Source: Gammaproteobacteria bacterium | GTDB taxonomy: Bacteria; Pseudomonadota; Gammaproteobacteria; UBA5335; SLRW01 | DNA: 64,000 nt | Assembly: GCA_035638775.1 (NCBI GenBank) | Contig: DASQZJ010000064.1 | Location: forward strand, 62,453-126,452 | Direction: 5' to 3' | In this document: positions 27,334 to 35,807 of the stretch, piece by piece | How the letters are laid out: every line of letters starts with the position of its first letter | Numbering within the stretch: position 1 is the stretch's first letter | Notes under the pieces: model-generated | Told to the model about the DNA's origin: nothing | Database searches by the model: none | The model's input: the letters and a program-made list of their open reading frames with translations, nothing else | Translations under genes and position numbers: made by a program

Positions 27334-28503
27334 CTACGCCGATCGTCGCATCGCCCGCCCCTGCCGCCGCACCGTCCGGGCCAATCCGACACCCGCCAGC
27401 GCCGCCCGGCCCAGCGTCGACGTGGCGAACACCCCCGTGGACAGGCGCCGCCGCCCGGGCCACAGGCTCTCGAGGAACGAGCCCTCGTCCGCGCCGCTGT
27501 CGAGGAACCGCAGGCCGCGCAGGAAGCCCTCGCCCTCCCGTAGCAGCAACACCTCGTTCATCAATCCCGGGCTGAACTTCCGGAACGCCGTGTCCCAGCC
27601 GATCTTGAACGCGAATCCGGCGCCGCCGGACAGGAAGTTGCTGGTCGAGGCGATCACGCGCCCGTCACAGAGCAGCTCGGTGAAGAACGCGTCGCCGCGC
27701 CGGCGCAGCCGCCTGACCACCTCCTCGAAGAACGCCTGGTCGCGGGCCCGGGACTGCAACGACGATCCCCGTTCGCCCTTCCAGCCGCAGTGCTCCAGGT
27801 CGACAAAGCGGGAGATCGCCGCATCGTCGACCGCGCCCCCCTCCAGCAGGCGCCATTCGAACGCACCGGCTTCGCGCAGCCGCCGCTCCTTCCGCGTGAG
27901 CTCACGTCGTGTGCGACCGGTATGGGTCACGACCGGCTGCCGCGCAAGGTCCGACTCCGAGAGAAAGGCACGTTCGATATGCGCGTGCTCCACCCAGCGG
28001 GCACCGCTGGCAGCCGCCGCGTTCATCAGCGCCCGTCCCAGCGCTCCGCCCGCATCCAGCTCCCGGAAGGCGAAACCATGCCAGCGGTTGGAGCGGGATG
28101 CCACGAACCCGAACAGGGCTTCCAGGGCCTCCGGCGCCTCGCCGGGCGCGACCAGCAGTCCCGTCAGAAACGAGTGCCTGCTGGCGTAGGCCGCAAGGTG
28201 CGGCAGCGGGAACCGCCGGCTGCGTGCCACCTGGCGGAAGACGCCCAGGGCAGCGAAGCCCGGGCTGCCGGCGGACGCGACGGTCACCACCAGCGGTGTC
28301 GCGTCCGGGGTCAGGTAGCGCAGTGCCGGCAGCACGAAATCCGGCGAAAGGTAAACGTTGGGCTCGAGTGCTTCATCGGCCAGCGCCGCCCAGCGCTCGA
28401 CCTGGGCCGGGCCCAGTTGCCCGGGCTCCCGGACTTGCACCGCAGGAACGGGCACCGACGTCGGCTCCGTCCCGGAGCGACGCCAAAAAACAGGTCTTCC
28501 CAT
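27334..28503 (-). CDS. CelD/FemAB-related GNAT-fold acyltransferase, second copy
   Basis: ORF 27334..28650, start moved to ATG 28503 (MGRPVFW); VERWAALADEALEPNVYLSPDFVLPALRYL N-terminus and C-terminal FKIGWDTAFRKFSPGLMNE like CelD family. Confidence 0.7.
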   Translation of the reverse strand: MGRPVFWRRSGTEPTSVPVPAVQVREPGQLGPAQVERWAALADEALEPNVYLSPDFVLPALRYLTPDATPLVVTVASAGSPGFAALGVFRQVARSRRFPLPHLAAYASRHSFLTGLLVAPGEAPEALEALFGFVASRSNRWHGFAFRELDAGGALGRALMNAAAASGARWVEHAHIERAFLSESDLARQPVVTHTGRTRRELTRKERRLREAGAFEWRLLEGGAVDDAAISRFVDLEHCGWKGERGSSLQSRARDQAFFEEVVRRLRRRGDAFFTELLCDGRVIASTSNFLSGGAGFAFKIGWDTAFRKFSPGLMNEVLLLREGEGFLRGLRFLDSGADEGSFLESLWPGRRRLSTGVFATSTLGRAALAGVGLARTVRRQGRAMRRSA

Positions 28504-28598
28504 GACCCGAGACCTCCGCGCCGACTCGCGGCCGGTGTTTTCTGTTGCTTCTTCCCGGCGCCTCCTCGCGGGGCTGCCACTATCGACTATAGAACAGT

Positions 28599-28617
28599 AT
28601 CGGGAATCCGTCCCGAT
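28599..28617 (-). terminator. Candidate hairpin terminator after ccmI
   Basis: ATCGGGA-aatccg... precisely atcggga(28599-28605)/tcccgat(28611-28617), 7-bp stem 5-nt loop, ~50 nt after ccmI stop, followed on the minus strand by a moderately T-rich tract (ACTGTTCTATAGT). Confidence 0.3.
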
Positions 28618-28665
28618 TCCCCGGTCACCGGCCGGGGCGGCTTGCAGCAACGCCCTGCAGGTCCC

Positions 28666-29907
28666 TCAGCGGCTGCCCTTGACCACCTTGTCGATCACCA
28701 GGCTCACCCGGTGCTTGCCATCCACCGGCACGGTCTCCGACTTCGTCTCCAGGTCGCCCGGTCTTGCCATGGCACTGCCGTGTACGGCAACACGGGCGGC
28801 CACCGACACCCGGTGGTAGTCAGACAGCGCGTGCGCCTGCATCATCGAGCTGCTGTCGTCCAGCACCACGGACGTCGGCAGGTCACTGACCTTGCGGCGC
28901 ACCACCGCCACCGGCATCGTCGATCCGCCGACGGGGCGGGCGTAGATGTATACGGGATCGTCGGCCCTGGCCCGCGACGCAACATCACCGGCGAGCGCGA
29001 CATGTACGCGGATCACCGCCTTGCCCGCCGCCGCTGCCGGCGTTGCGGCCGTCCCCGACGCCCCCGCGCCGGCGCCGGAAGCCATCTGCTTGCGCGCCTG
29101 CGCGATGGTCTTCTGCAGCACCTTGGCACCCTGGCTGCCGGGTGTCTGCTCGGCCAGCAGCTTCTTCCAGTGGCCGATGGCGGTCCGGTAGTCGCCCTGC
29201 TGCGCCGCGGCCACGCCCGCCAGCCACAAGGCTTTCGGGAACGACCCGTTCATCGCCAGCGCCTTGTTCAGCAGCTTCTCGGGCTTGCCGGCCAGCGACC
29301 GCGTGCTGCCGGCCATGGCCAGCGCCTCGGCGTAGTCGGTGAGCGTCTCCGGCGTGTCACCGAGGATCTCGCGGGCGTGGGTCAGCGCCTTGGCCGCATC
29401 CTTGTAGCGGCCCATGACCAGGTACGAGCGCCCCAGCATGAGCCAGCCCTGGCCGTCGTCGGGGTTGTTCTGCAGCCGCTGTGCCAGCCCCCGCACCATG
29501 CTCTGCACCTGCGACTGGGTCAGGTTCTTCGGTGCGTGCGAGCGCCAGGGCATCCCGCCCACCCGGGAGTACAGGCCCACCCCGATCACCGGGACCGCCA
29601 CGGCGACCGCAACGACCGCCCAGCGGCCGCGCCGGCGCCTGGCCCGGGCCCGGCTTTCCCCGGCCCCGGCCGTCTCGTCCAGAAGCTGCCGGTCGAGCTC
29701 CGCACGCGCCTGCTCGAAATCCTCCTCGGGCACCACGCCGCTGTCGACGTCCTGCTGCAGCTCGGCCACGCGCTGGCGATACAGCTTCACGCTGACGGCG
29801 TCCCGGTCCGGCCCGGTACGCCGGGTACCACGCCAGAGCGGCACTCCGACCAGGAGGATGGCCACCACCATCATGGCGGCGGCGAGGGCCCAGAACTCGA
29901 TCATCAT
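28666..29907 (-). CDS. ccmI: Cytochrome c maturation protein CcmI (CycH), TPR-containing
   Basis: C-terminal 413 codons of ORF 28666..30309; start ATG 29907 (MMIEFWALAAAMMVV) in ATGA overlap with ccmH stop; TPR region and C-terminal beta domain. Confidence 0.85.
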   Translation of the reverse strand: MMIEFWALAAAMMVVAILLVGVPLWRGTRRTGPDRDAVSVKLYRQRVAELQQDVDSGVVPEEDFEQARAELDRQLLDETAGAGESRARARRRRGRWAVVAVAVAVPVIGVGLYSRVGGMPWRSHAPKNLTQSQVQSMVRGLAQRLQNNPDDGQGWLMLGRSYLVMGRYKDAAKALTHAREILGDTPETLTDYAEALAMAGSTRSLAGKPEKLLNKALAMNGSFPKALWLAGVAAAQQGDYRTAIGHWKKLLAEQTPGSQGAKVLQKTIAQARKQMASGAGAGASGTAATPAAAAGKAVIRVHVALAGDVASRARADDPVYIYARPVGGSTMPVAVVRRKVSDLPTSVVLDDSSSMMQAHALSDYHRVSVAARVAVHGSAMARPGDLETKSETVPVDGKHRVSLVIDKVVKGSR

Positions 29908-30398
29908 TGCTTGTCGTTCCGCTCGGTTGCGCGAAGCAGCTCGTCGATCCGCGCGCGTTCCTCGTCGCTGATGTCCGCCGCGCGCTCCCGCGAACGGTGG
30001 CGGATCGACCACACCAGCACGACCAGCCCCAGCAGGACCAGTGCGAACGGACCGAACCAGAGCGCGTAAGTCCGGTAATCCAGGGGCGGCTTGAACAGCA
30101 CGTAATCGCCGTAGCGATTGGTCAGGTACTGCTTGATCTGCGCGTTGGACTTGCCGCTTTTCATCATGTGGAAGATCTGCGCCCTCAGGTCGGCCGCGAG
30201 ATCCGCGTTCGAGTCCAGCAGCGACTCGTCCTGACAGACCAGGCAGCGCAGCTCGCCCAGCAGATTCTGGTAGCGCTGTTCCTTGGCGGGGTTGTCGAAG
30301 TGGTGCCACCCCGCGCCGCTCTGTGCCGGCTCGGCGAAAGCCGAGACGGCGAACAGCATGACGAGGGCGACCAGCAGTGATCCGGCCAGAGCCTTCAT
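29904..30398 (-). CDS. ccmH: Cytochrome c heme lyase subunit CcmH (CycL)
   Basis: C-terminal 164 codons of ORF 29904..30746; signal peptide, LRCLVCQDESL motif; ATGA overlap with ccmG stop. Confidence 0.9.
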   Translation of the reverse strand: MKALAGSLLVALVMLFAVSAFAEPAQSGAGWHHFDNPAKEQRYQNLLGELRCLVCQDESLLDSNADLAADLRAQIFHMMKSGKSNAQIKQYLTNRYGDYVLFKPPLDYRTYALWFGPFALVLLGLVVLVWSIRHRSRERAADISDEERARIDELLRATERNDKQ

Positions 30399-30970
30399 CC
30401 CGAGGTCCCCGTCTCGCCCCTTGCCAGGGGCTCCCCTTTCTTCAGGCGCACGATCAGCGGCCGCATCTTGTCCTTCCACACCTTCGGCGTGATTGGTCCG
30501 ACCTGCTTGTACCGGATGACGCCCTTGCCGTCCACCACGTAGGTTTCGGGTACGCCGTAGACGCCCCAGTTGATCCCGACCTTGCCGCTCTTGTCCTGCG
30601 CCACGGTCTGGTACGGATCGCCGAACTCGTCCAGCCAGTTCAGCGCGGCCTTGCGGGTATCCTTGTAGTCCAGGCCGTAGATCGGGACGATCCCGCTGTG
30701 CGCGATCTGCAGCAGCATCGGGTGCTCGGCCCGGCAGGACACGCACCAGGAGGCCCAGACGTTGACCAGGGCCACGTGGCCCTGCGCCAGGCGGGCGCTG
30801 GTGAAGGTGTTACCGGGCTGCTTGAGCTCGGGAAGCTTGAACTTCGGCACGGGCTTGTTGATCAGCGGGGAGGGAACCAGCGACGGATCGCGCGTCAATC
30901 CCCAGCCCAGCAGCCCCACCAGGCCCACGAAGAATGCCAGGGGGACCAGGAACCGCAGACGGCTGCGCAT
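30395..30970 (-). CDS. ccmG: Thiol:disulfide interchange protein CcmG/DsbE
   Basis: C-terminal 191 codons of ORF 30395..32788; VNVWASWCVSCRAEHP thioredoxin motif; start ATG 30970 overlaps ccmF TGA by 1 nt. Confidence 0.9.
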   Translation of the reverse strand: MRSRLRFLVPLAFFVGLVGLLGWGLTRDPSLVPSPLINKPVPKFKLPELKQPGNTFTSARLAQGHVALVNVWASWCVSCRAEHPMLLQIAHSGIVPIYGLDYKDTRKAALNWLDEFGDPYQTVAQDKSGKVGINWGVYGVPETYVVDGKGVIRYKQVGPITPKVWKDKMRPLIVRLKKGEPLARGETGTSG

Positions 30971-32952
30971 CAGCCGTCCACTCCGCCCGACGGCGCACCT
31001 TCGGGGAGGCGGATGCGCTCGTGCTGCAGTGCCAGTCGATAACGCCGGTCGGTGAAGGCCAGCAGCCCGCCGAAGGCCATGATCAGCGCGCCGCCCCAGA
31101 TCCAGCGTACCAGCGGCATGTAGCGGACCCGCACGGTCCAGCTGCCGTCGTCCAGCTGCTGGCCGAGTGCCAGGAACAGGTCGCGGGTGAAACCCGCCTG
31201 GATCGCCGCCATGCTCCGCGGCGTGCCGCTCGGCTGATACATGCGCTTCTGCGTGTCCATCGTGTAGAGCTGGTGCCCGTTGCGGCTCACCGTGAAGATG
31301 CCCTCGTTGCCCTGGTAGTTGGGGCCGGATACCTGCTTCATCTTGTCCAGGCGGAAGCTGTAGCCGGCCACGGTCGCCGACTGCCCGGGCGCCAGGCGTA
31401 CCGTCTGCTTGACCGCGAAGGTGCTGACCACGCCCACGCCCAGCATGAACACGGCGACCCCGATGTGCGCGATGTGCATGCCGTAAAAGCCCCGCGGGAC
31501 GCTGCGCCACCGCCGGACTCCGCCGCGGTTCTGCAGGCGCTGGTACACGCCCCGCAGGCTGGTCGCAAGCACCCAGAAGGCCAGCAACAGTGTCAGCGCG
31601 AGCTCCGCCGACCGGACCCCGCCGACCGCGATGATCACCACGCCGGCAGCCACCACCGAGGCGATGAATGCCCCGCGCAGCTGCCGCGCTAGCGCCGCGG
31701 GCTCGGCCCGCCGCCAGCTCGCCGCGGGCCCGAACCCGAGCAGCAGCGTGAGCGCCAGCATCAGCGGCACGAACACCGCGTCGAAATACGGGGGACCGAC
31801 CGAGATCCGGCCCATGCCCAGGGCCTCGATCAGGATCGGATACAGGGTTCCGAGCAGGACCGCGGCGCAGGTGACGACCAGCAGCACGTTGTTTGCCAGC
31901 AGGAAGCTCTCGCGCGAGATCAGGGAGAAATTCCCGACGCTGCGGATCGCGGGCGCCCGCAGGGCGTACAGGATGAGCGAGGCGCCCACGACGACCCCCA
32001 GGAACGAGAGGATGTAGATCCCGCGGGTCGGGCTGACCGCGAACGCGTGCACCGACGTCAGGACCCCGGAACGCACGATGAAGGTGCCGAGCAGGCTGAG
32101 GGAGAACGCCGCAATGGCCAGCAGCGCGGTCCAGGCCTTGAACGTGCCCCGCTTTTCGGTGACGGCCATGGAATGGATCAGCGCGGTGCCGACCAGCCAC
32201 GGCATGAACGAGGCGTTCTCCACCGGGTCCCAGAACCACCATCCGCCCCAGCCGAGCACGTAGTAGGACCACGCGCTCCCCAGCGTGATGCCGCAGGTCA
32301 GGAACACCCAGGCGGCCGCGGTCCAGGGGCGTGACCAGCGGGCCCAGGCGGAATCCAGCCGCCCGCCCAGCAGCGCCGCGATCGCGAAGGCGAAAGCCAC
32401 CGCGAAGCCCACGTACCCCAGGTACAGCATGGGCGGGTGCCCGACCATGCCCGGATCCTGCAGCAGCGGATTGAGGTCGCGGCCCTGGGCCGGCGCCGGG
32501 AAGCTCCGCGTGAACGGGTTGGCGGTGAACAGCATGTACAACAGGAACCCGGCCGCGATCAGGCCCAGCACGCCGAGCACCCGGGAGGCGAACACCTGCG
32601 GCAGGCTCCGGCTGAAGATCGCCACCGCGACACCCCAGACGGAGAGGATCGTCACCCACAGCAGCATGGATCCCTCGTGTCCACCCCAGACCGCCGTGAA
32701 CTTGTAGATCATCGGCAGCGCGGTGTTCGAGTTCTCGGCCACGTAGGCGACGGAAAAGTTGCTGGTGAGAAAGCAGAACGCCAGGCATCCGAAGGCGAGC
32801 AGGACGAACGCGCCGTGGCCGAAGGTGGCCGGGCGCGCCACGGCCATCCAGGACTCGTTCCGCCGCCAGGCGCCGAGCAGCGGCAGGGTCGCCTGCATCA
32901 GCGCCAGTGACAGCGCCATGATCAGGGCAAAGTTTCCGATCTCGGGGATCAC
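30970..32952 (-). CDS. ccmF: Cytochrome c-type biogenesis heme lyase CcmF
   Basis: ORF 30970..33219; start placed at GTG 32952 (VIPEIGNFALIMALSL, matches usual MIPE.G N-terminus) overlapping ccmE TGA; WGGWWFWDPVENAS WWD motif. Confidence 0.9.
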   Translation of the reverse strand: MIPEIGNFALIMALSLALMQATLPLLGAWRRNESWMAVARPATFGHGAFVLLAFGCLAFCFLTSNFSVAYVAENSNTALPMIYKFTAVWGGHEGSMLLWVTILSVWGVAVAIFSRSLPQVFASRVLGVLGLIAAGFLLYMLFTANPFTRSFPAPAQGRDLNPLLQDPGMVGHPPMLYLGYVGFAVAFAFAIAALLGGRLDSAWARWSRPWTAAAWVFLTCGITLGSAWSYYVLGWGGWWFWDPVENASFMPWLVGTALIHSMAVTEKRGTFKAWTALLAIAAFSLSLLGTFIVRSGVLTSVHAFAVSPTRGIYILSFLGVVVGASLILYALRAPAIRSVGNFSLISRESFLLANNVLLVVTCAAVLLGTLYPILIEALGMGRISVGPPYFDAVFVPLMLALTLLLGFGPAASWRRAEPAALARQLRGAFIASVVAAGVVIIAVGGVRSAELALTLLLAFWVLATSLRGVYQRLQNRGGVRRWRSVPRGFYGMHIAHIGVAVFMLGVGVVSTFAVKQTVRLAPGQSATVAGYSFRLDKMKQVSGPNYQGNEGIFTVSRNGHQLYTMDTQKRMYQPSGTPRSMAAIQAGFTRDLFLALGQQLDDGSWTVRVRYMPLVRWIWGGALIMAFGGLLAFTDRRYRLALQHERIRLPEGAPSGGVDG

Positions 32953-33473
32953 TGCTTGGCTCCGTATCCGGATTCGCCGGCGCGGACCTCCTGGACCTCC
33001 TTGCCGGTCACCAGCTTGGCGTGCTCCGCCTTGCTGGCCTCCTTCGCCTCCTGGCTCTTCTTCAGCTCCGCCGCGACCGAGGGCGGCATGTACTTGGAGT
33101 CGTGCTTGGCCAGCACCTGGGAGGCGCGGAAGACGCCGTTGCCGCCCAGCTGGCCCTGGGCGACGATCCCCTGGCCCGCGCGGAAGAGGTCGGGAAGCAC
33201 GCCCGCATAGGTCACCCATACCGTGTGCCGGTTGTCGGTGAGCTCGAAGCGCACCGTCGACCCGCGCTTGGCGTGGTGGATGCTGCCCGGGACCACCAGT
33301 CCGCCGATGCGGAACGCGTGGTTCAGGGGGGCCGCGCCGTTGGCGATCTGGGTCGGGCTGAAGAAGAACAGCAGGTTCTTGCGGAACGCGCCCGCCCCCA
33401 GTGCGACCGCCACGCCGACACCCCCTACAATCAGCAGCACCCCGATCAGCCGCCGTTTACGTTGTGGAGTCAT
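32949..33473 (-). CDS. ccmE: Heme chaperone CcmE
   Basis: ORF 32949..33512, start ATG 33473 (MTPQRKRRL); heme-binding VLAKHDSKYMPP. Confidence 0.9.
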   Translation of the reverse strand: MTPQRKRRLIGVLLIVGGVGVAVALGAGAFRKNLLFFFSPTQIANGAAPLNHAFRIGGLVVPGSIHHAKRGSTVRFELTDNRHTVWVTYAGVLPDLFRAGQGIVAQGQLGGNGVFRASQVLAKHDSKYMPPSVAAELKKSQEAKEASKAEHAKLVTGKEVQEVRAGESGYGAKQ

Positions 33474-33633
33474 TCCCGCCTCGCTCCCGCCGCTGCCTGC
33501 GCGCCAGGTCACGCATCAGCGACCGGCGACGCCAGAGCGGAATCAGTACATTGATGAGCAGTACAATGAACGCGATCCCGTAGGCGGTCCATACGTAGAA
33601 TCCGTAACCGCCCATGTAGAAGAACTTGGCCAT
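33457..33633 (-). CDS. ccmD: Heme exporter protein CcmD (58 aa)
   Basis: Last 58 codons of ORF 33457..34875: MAKFFYMGGYGFYVWTAYGIAFIVLLINVLIPLWRRR, single TM, sits between ccmC and ccmE. Confidence 0.8.
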   Translation of the reverse strand: MAKFFYMGGYGFYVWTAYGIAFIVLLINVLIPLWRRRSLMRDLARRQRRERGGNDSTT

Positions 33634-33635
33634 GC

Positions 33636-34370
33636 CTACCCGCCTTCGACCATTTGAACGACCCAGCGGGACTTTCGTTCCCTGTCCAGGATCTCGCAGC
33701 GCATCCGGAGCATGAGCACCACCGCGTAGTAGCTCATGAAGGCGACGATCATGAACAGCAGGGGGACGAGCATGCTGGTGGAGATGTTGTCGGTGGTGAA
33801 GCTGATCGTGGTGCCCTGGTGCAGGGTGTTCCACCAGTCCACCGAGTAGTGGATGATCGGGATGTTCACCACGCCCACCAGGGCCAGGATGCCGCTCGCG
33901 CGGGCCGCCGTCTCCGGGGTCTCGATGGCGGCGCGCAACCCCATGTAACCGAGGTAGAGGAACAGCAGGATCAGCTCCGAGGTCAGGCGCGCGTCCCAGA
34001 CCCAGTAGGTGCCCCAGGTGGGCTTGCCCCAGATCGACCCGGTCACCAGGGCCAGGAACGTGAAGGCCGCACCCAGCGGCGCGCTGCAGCGCGCTACCAC
34101 GTCCGCCATCTTGATCTTCCAGATCAGGTTGACCGCCGCCGCGCCCGCCATCACGACGTACACCATCATGGACAGCAAGGCGCTGGGCACGTGGATGTAG
34201 ATGATGCGAAATACGTTGCCCTGCTGGTAGTCCGGCGGCGCGAAGTAGAGTCCGCCGACCAGGCCCACCAGCATGCAGATGATGGTGAGCGCGCTGAGCC
34301 AGGGCAGCAGCTTGCCCGAAAGCCGATAGAAGTGCCGGGGCGACGCCCACTGGGAGATGAATCGATGCAT
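33636..34370 (-). CDS. ccmC: Heme exporter protein CcmC
   Basis: ORF 33636..34370; WGKPTWGTYWVWDARL tryptophan-rich WWD motif. Confidence 0.92.
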   Translation of the reverse strand: MHRFISQWASPRHFYRLSGKLLPWLSALTIICMLVGLVGGLYFAPPDYQQGNVFRIIYIHVPSALLSMMVYVVMAGAAAVNLIWKIKMADVVARCSAPLGAAFTFLALVTGSIWGKPTWGTYWVWDARLTSELILLFLYLGYMGLRAAIETPETAARASGILALVGVVNIPIIHYSVDWWNTLHQGTTISFTTDNISTSMLVPLLFMIVAFMSYYAVVLMLRMRCEILDRERKSRWVVQMVEGG

Positions 34371-34373
34371 AGG

Positions 34374-35114
34374 CTACTCCAGGCTGATCCGCAGGGCCGC
34401 GGCGGCCGCGAAGGGCGCCAGGACGACGGCACCGGTGCACAGGGCGCCGAGGAAGTACAGCTGCGCGACCACGGGCAGCCCCTGGGCCGCGCTCTCCACG
34501 GAACCCGCGCCGAATATCAGAACCGGGACGTACAGGGGAAGGAGAAGCAGGCTCAGAAGCATTCCGCCGTGCCTCAGGCCAACCGTCAGCGCCACGCCGA
34601 TCGCTCCCACCAGGCTCAGTACCGGCGTGCCCAGCAGCAGGCTCAGAACCAGCGCCGCGAACGCGGATTGCGGCAAGTTTAACAACAAGCCCAGAAGCGG
34701 CGCCACAAGGATCAGAGGCAGGCCCGTTACCAGCCAGTGGGCCAGAACCTTGGCGCCGACCAGGATCGGCATTGGATGCGGGCTCAGCGCGATCTGCTCC
34801 AGGCTGCCGTCGTCGAAATCCGAGCGGAAGATCCCTTCCAGCGACAGCATCGAGGCGAGCAGGGCTCCCACCCACACGGCCCCGGGGGCCACCGCACGCA
34901 GCAAATCGTTGTCGGCGCCCAGCGCCAGCGGGAACAGGGTCTCCACCATGACGAAGAACAGCACCGGGTTGGCCAGCTCGCTGCGACGCCGGAACGCGAG
35001 CACCAGGTCCCGCCGCAGCAATCCGGCGAACGCCCGCAGGGCGTCGCTGCGAGCCGCCGCGGGACGCCTGCGGCGGGGTCCGGCAGCGGTCACCGGCGCG
35101 TCCTGGCTGCTCAT
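34374..35114 (-). CDS. ccmB: Heme exporter membrane protein CcmB
   Basis: Last 246 codons of ORF 34374..35732; start ATG 35114 in ATGA overlap with ccmA stop; six hydrophobic helices, FRSDFDDGSLEQI. Confidence 0.88.
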   Translation of the reverse strand: MSSQDAPVTAAGPRRRRPAAARSDALRAFAGLLRRDLVLAFRRRSELANPVLFFVMVETLFPLALGADNDLLRAVAPGAVWVGALLASMLSLEGIFRSDFDDGSLEQIALSPHPMPILVGAKVLAHWLVTGLPLILVAPLLGLLLNLPQSAFAALVLSLLLGTPVLSLVGAIGVALTVGLRHGGMLLSLLLLPLYVPVLIFGAGSVESAAQGLPVVAQLYFLGALCTGAVVLAPFAAAAALRISLE

Positions 35115-35803
35115 GCCGCCCTCCGGGCGCCGATGTCGATCCGCCGCACGGTGCGGCCGGCGTCGAGCGTCACGGCCTGGTGACTGGTAACGATGGAGAT
35201 GCCGCCCTCGTCGCTGTGGTCGTTCAGCATCCCCTCCACCATCGCGCGGCCGTCCCGGTCGAGCGCGGTGAACGGCTCGTCCAGCACCCACAGGGCAGCG
35301 GATCCGCAGAGCAGGCGCGCCAGGGCCACGCGGCGGCACTGGCCCGCGGAAAGGGTGCGTGCCGGCACGTCCTCGTAGCCGTACAGGCCCACGCGCGCCA
35401 GCGCCTCCCAGGGGTCCAGGCGCAGCAGACCCGTGGACGAGACGGTCATGGCGCTGCGCACGTTCTCGACCGCGGTGAGGTCCGACTTCACCGCGCTGGC
35501 GTGGGCCACGTACGCGAGCTCGGCAGTGAAGCTGGCACGCTCGCGGCGAATGTCGGCGCCATCCCAGGTGACGTCTCCGGAAGCGGGCCACGCCAGGCCG
35601 CAGAGAATGCGCAGCAGGCTGGTCTTCCCGCAACCGTTTGGCCCGGCCAGCTGCAGCACGTCGCCGGGAGCGAGCGACAGGTTCACGCCGGTGAACAGCT
35701 CCCGGTCGTCGCGGACGCAAGAGAGCTCGCATCCGACCAGGCGTGCGTCCGGGACGGGCACGAACCTCCCCGTCGCGTCACCGCGTCGGCCGGTTGCGTC
35801 CAT
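35111..35803 (-). CDS. ccmA: Heme exporter ATP-binding protein CcmA
   Basis: ORF 35111..35827; start ATG 35803 with GGAG upstream (alternative GTG 35827); Walker A GPNGCGKTS, signature LSAGQCRR, Walker B LWVLDEP. Confidence 0.9.
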   Translation of the reverse strand: MDATGRRGDATGRFVPVPDARLVGCELSCVRDDRELFTGVNLSLAPGDVLQLAGPNGCGKTSLLRILCGLAWPASGDVTWDGADIRRERASFTAELAYVAHASAVKSDLTAVENVRSAMTVSSTGLLRLDPWEALARVGLYGYEDVPARTLSAGQCRRVALARLLCGSAALWVLDEPFTALDRDGRAMVEGMLNDHSDEGGISIVTSHQAVTLDAGRTVRRIDIGARRAA

Positions 35804-35807
35804 GTTG

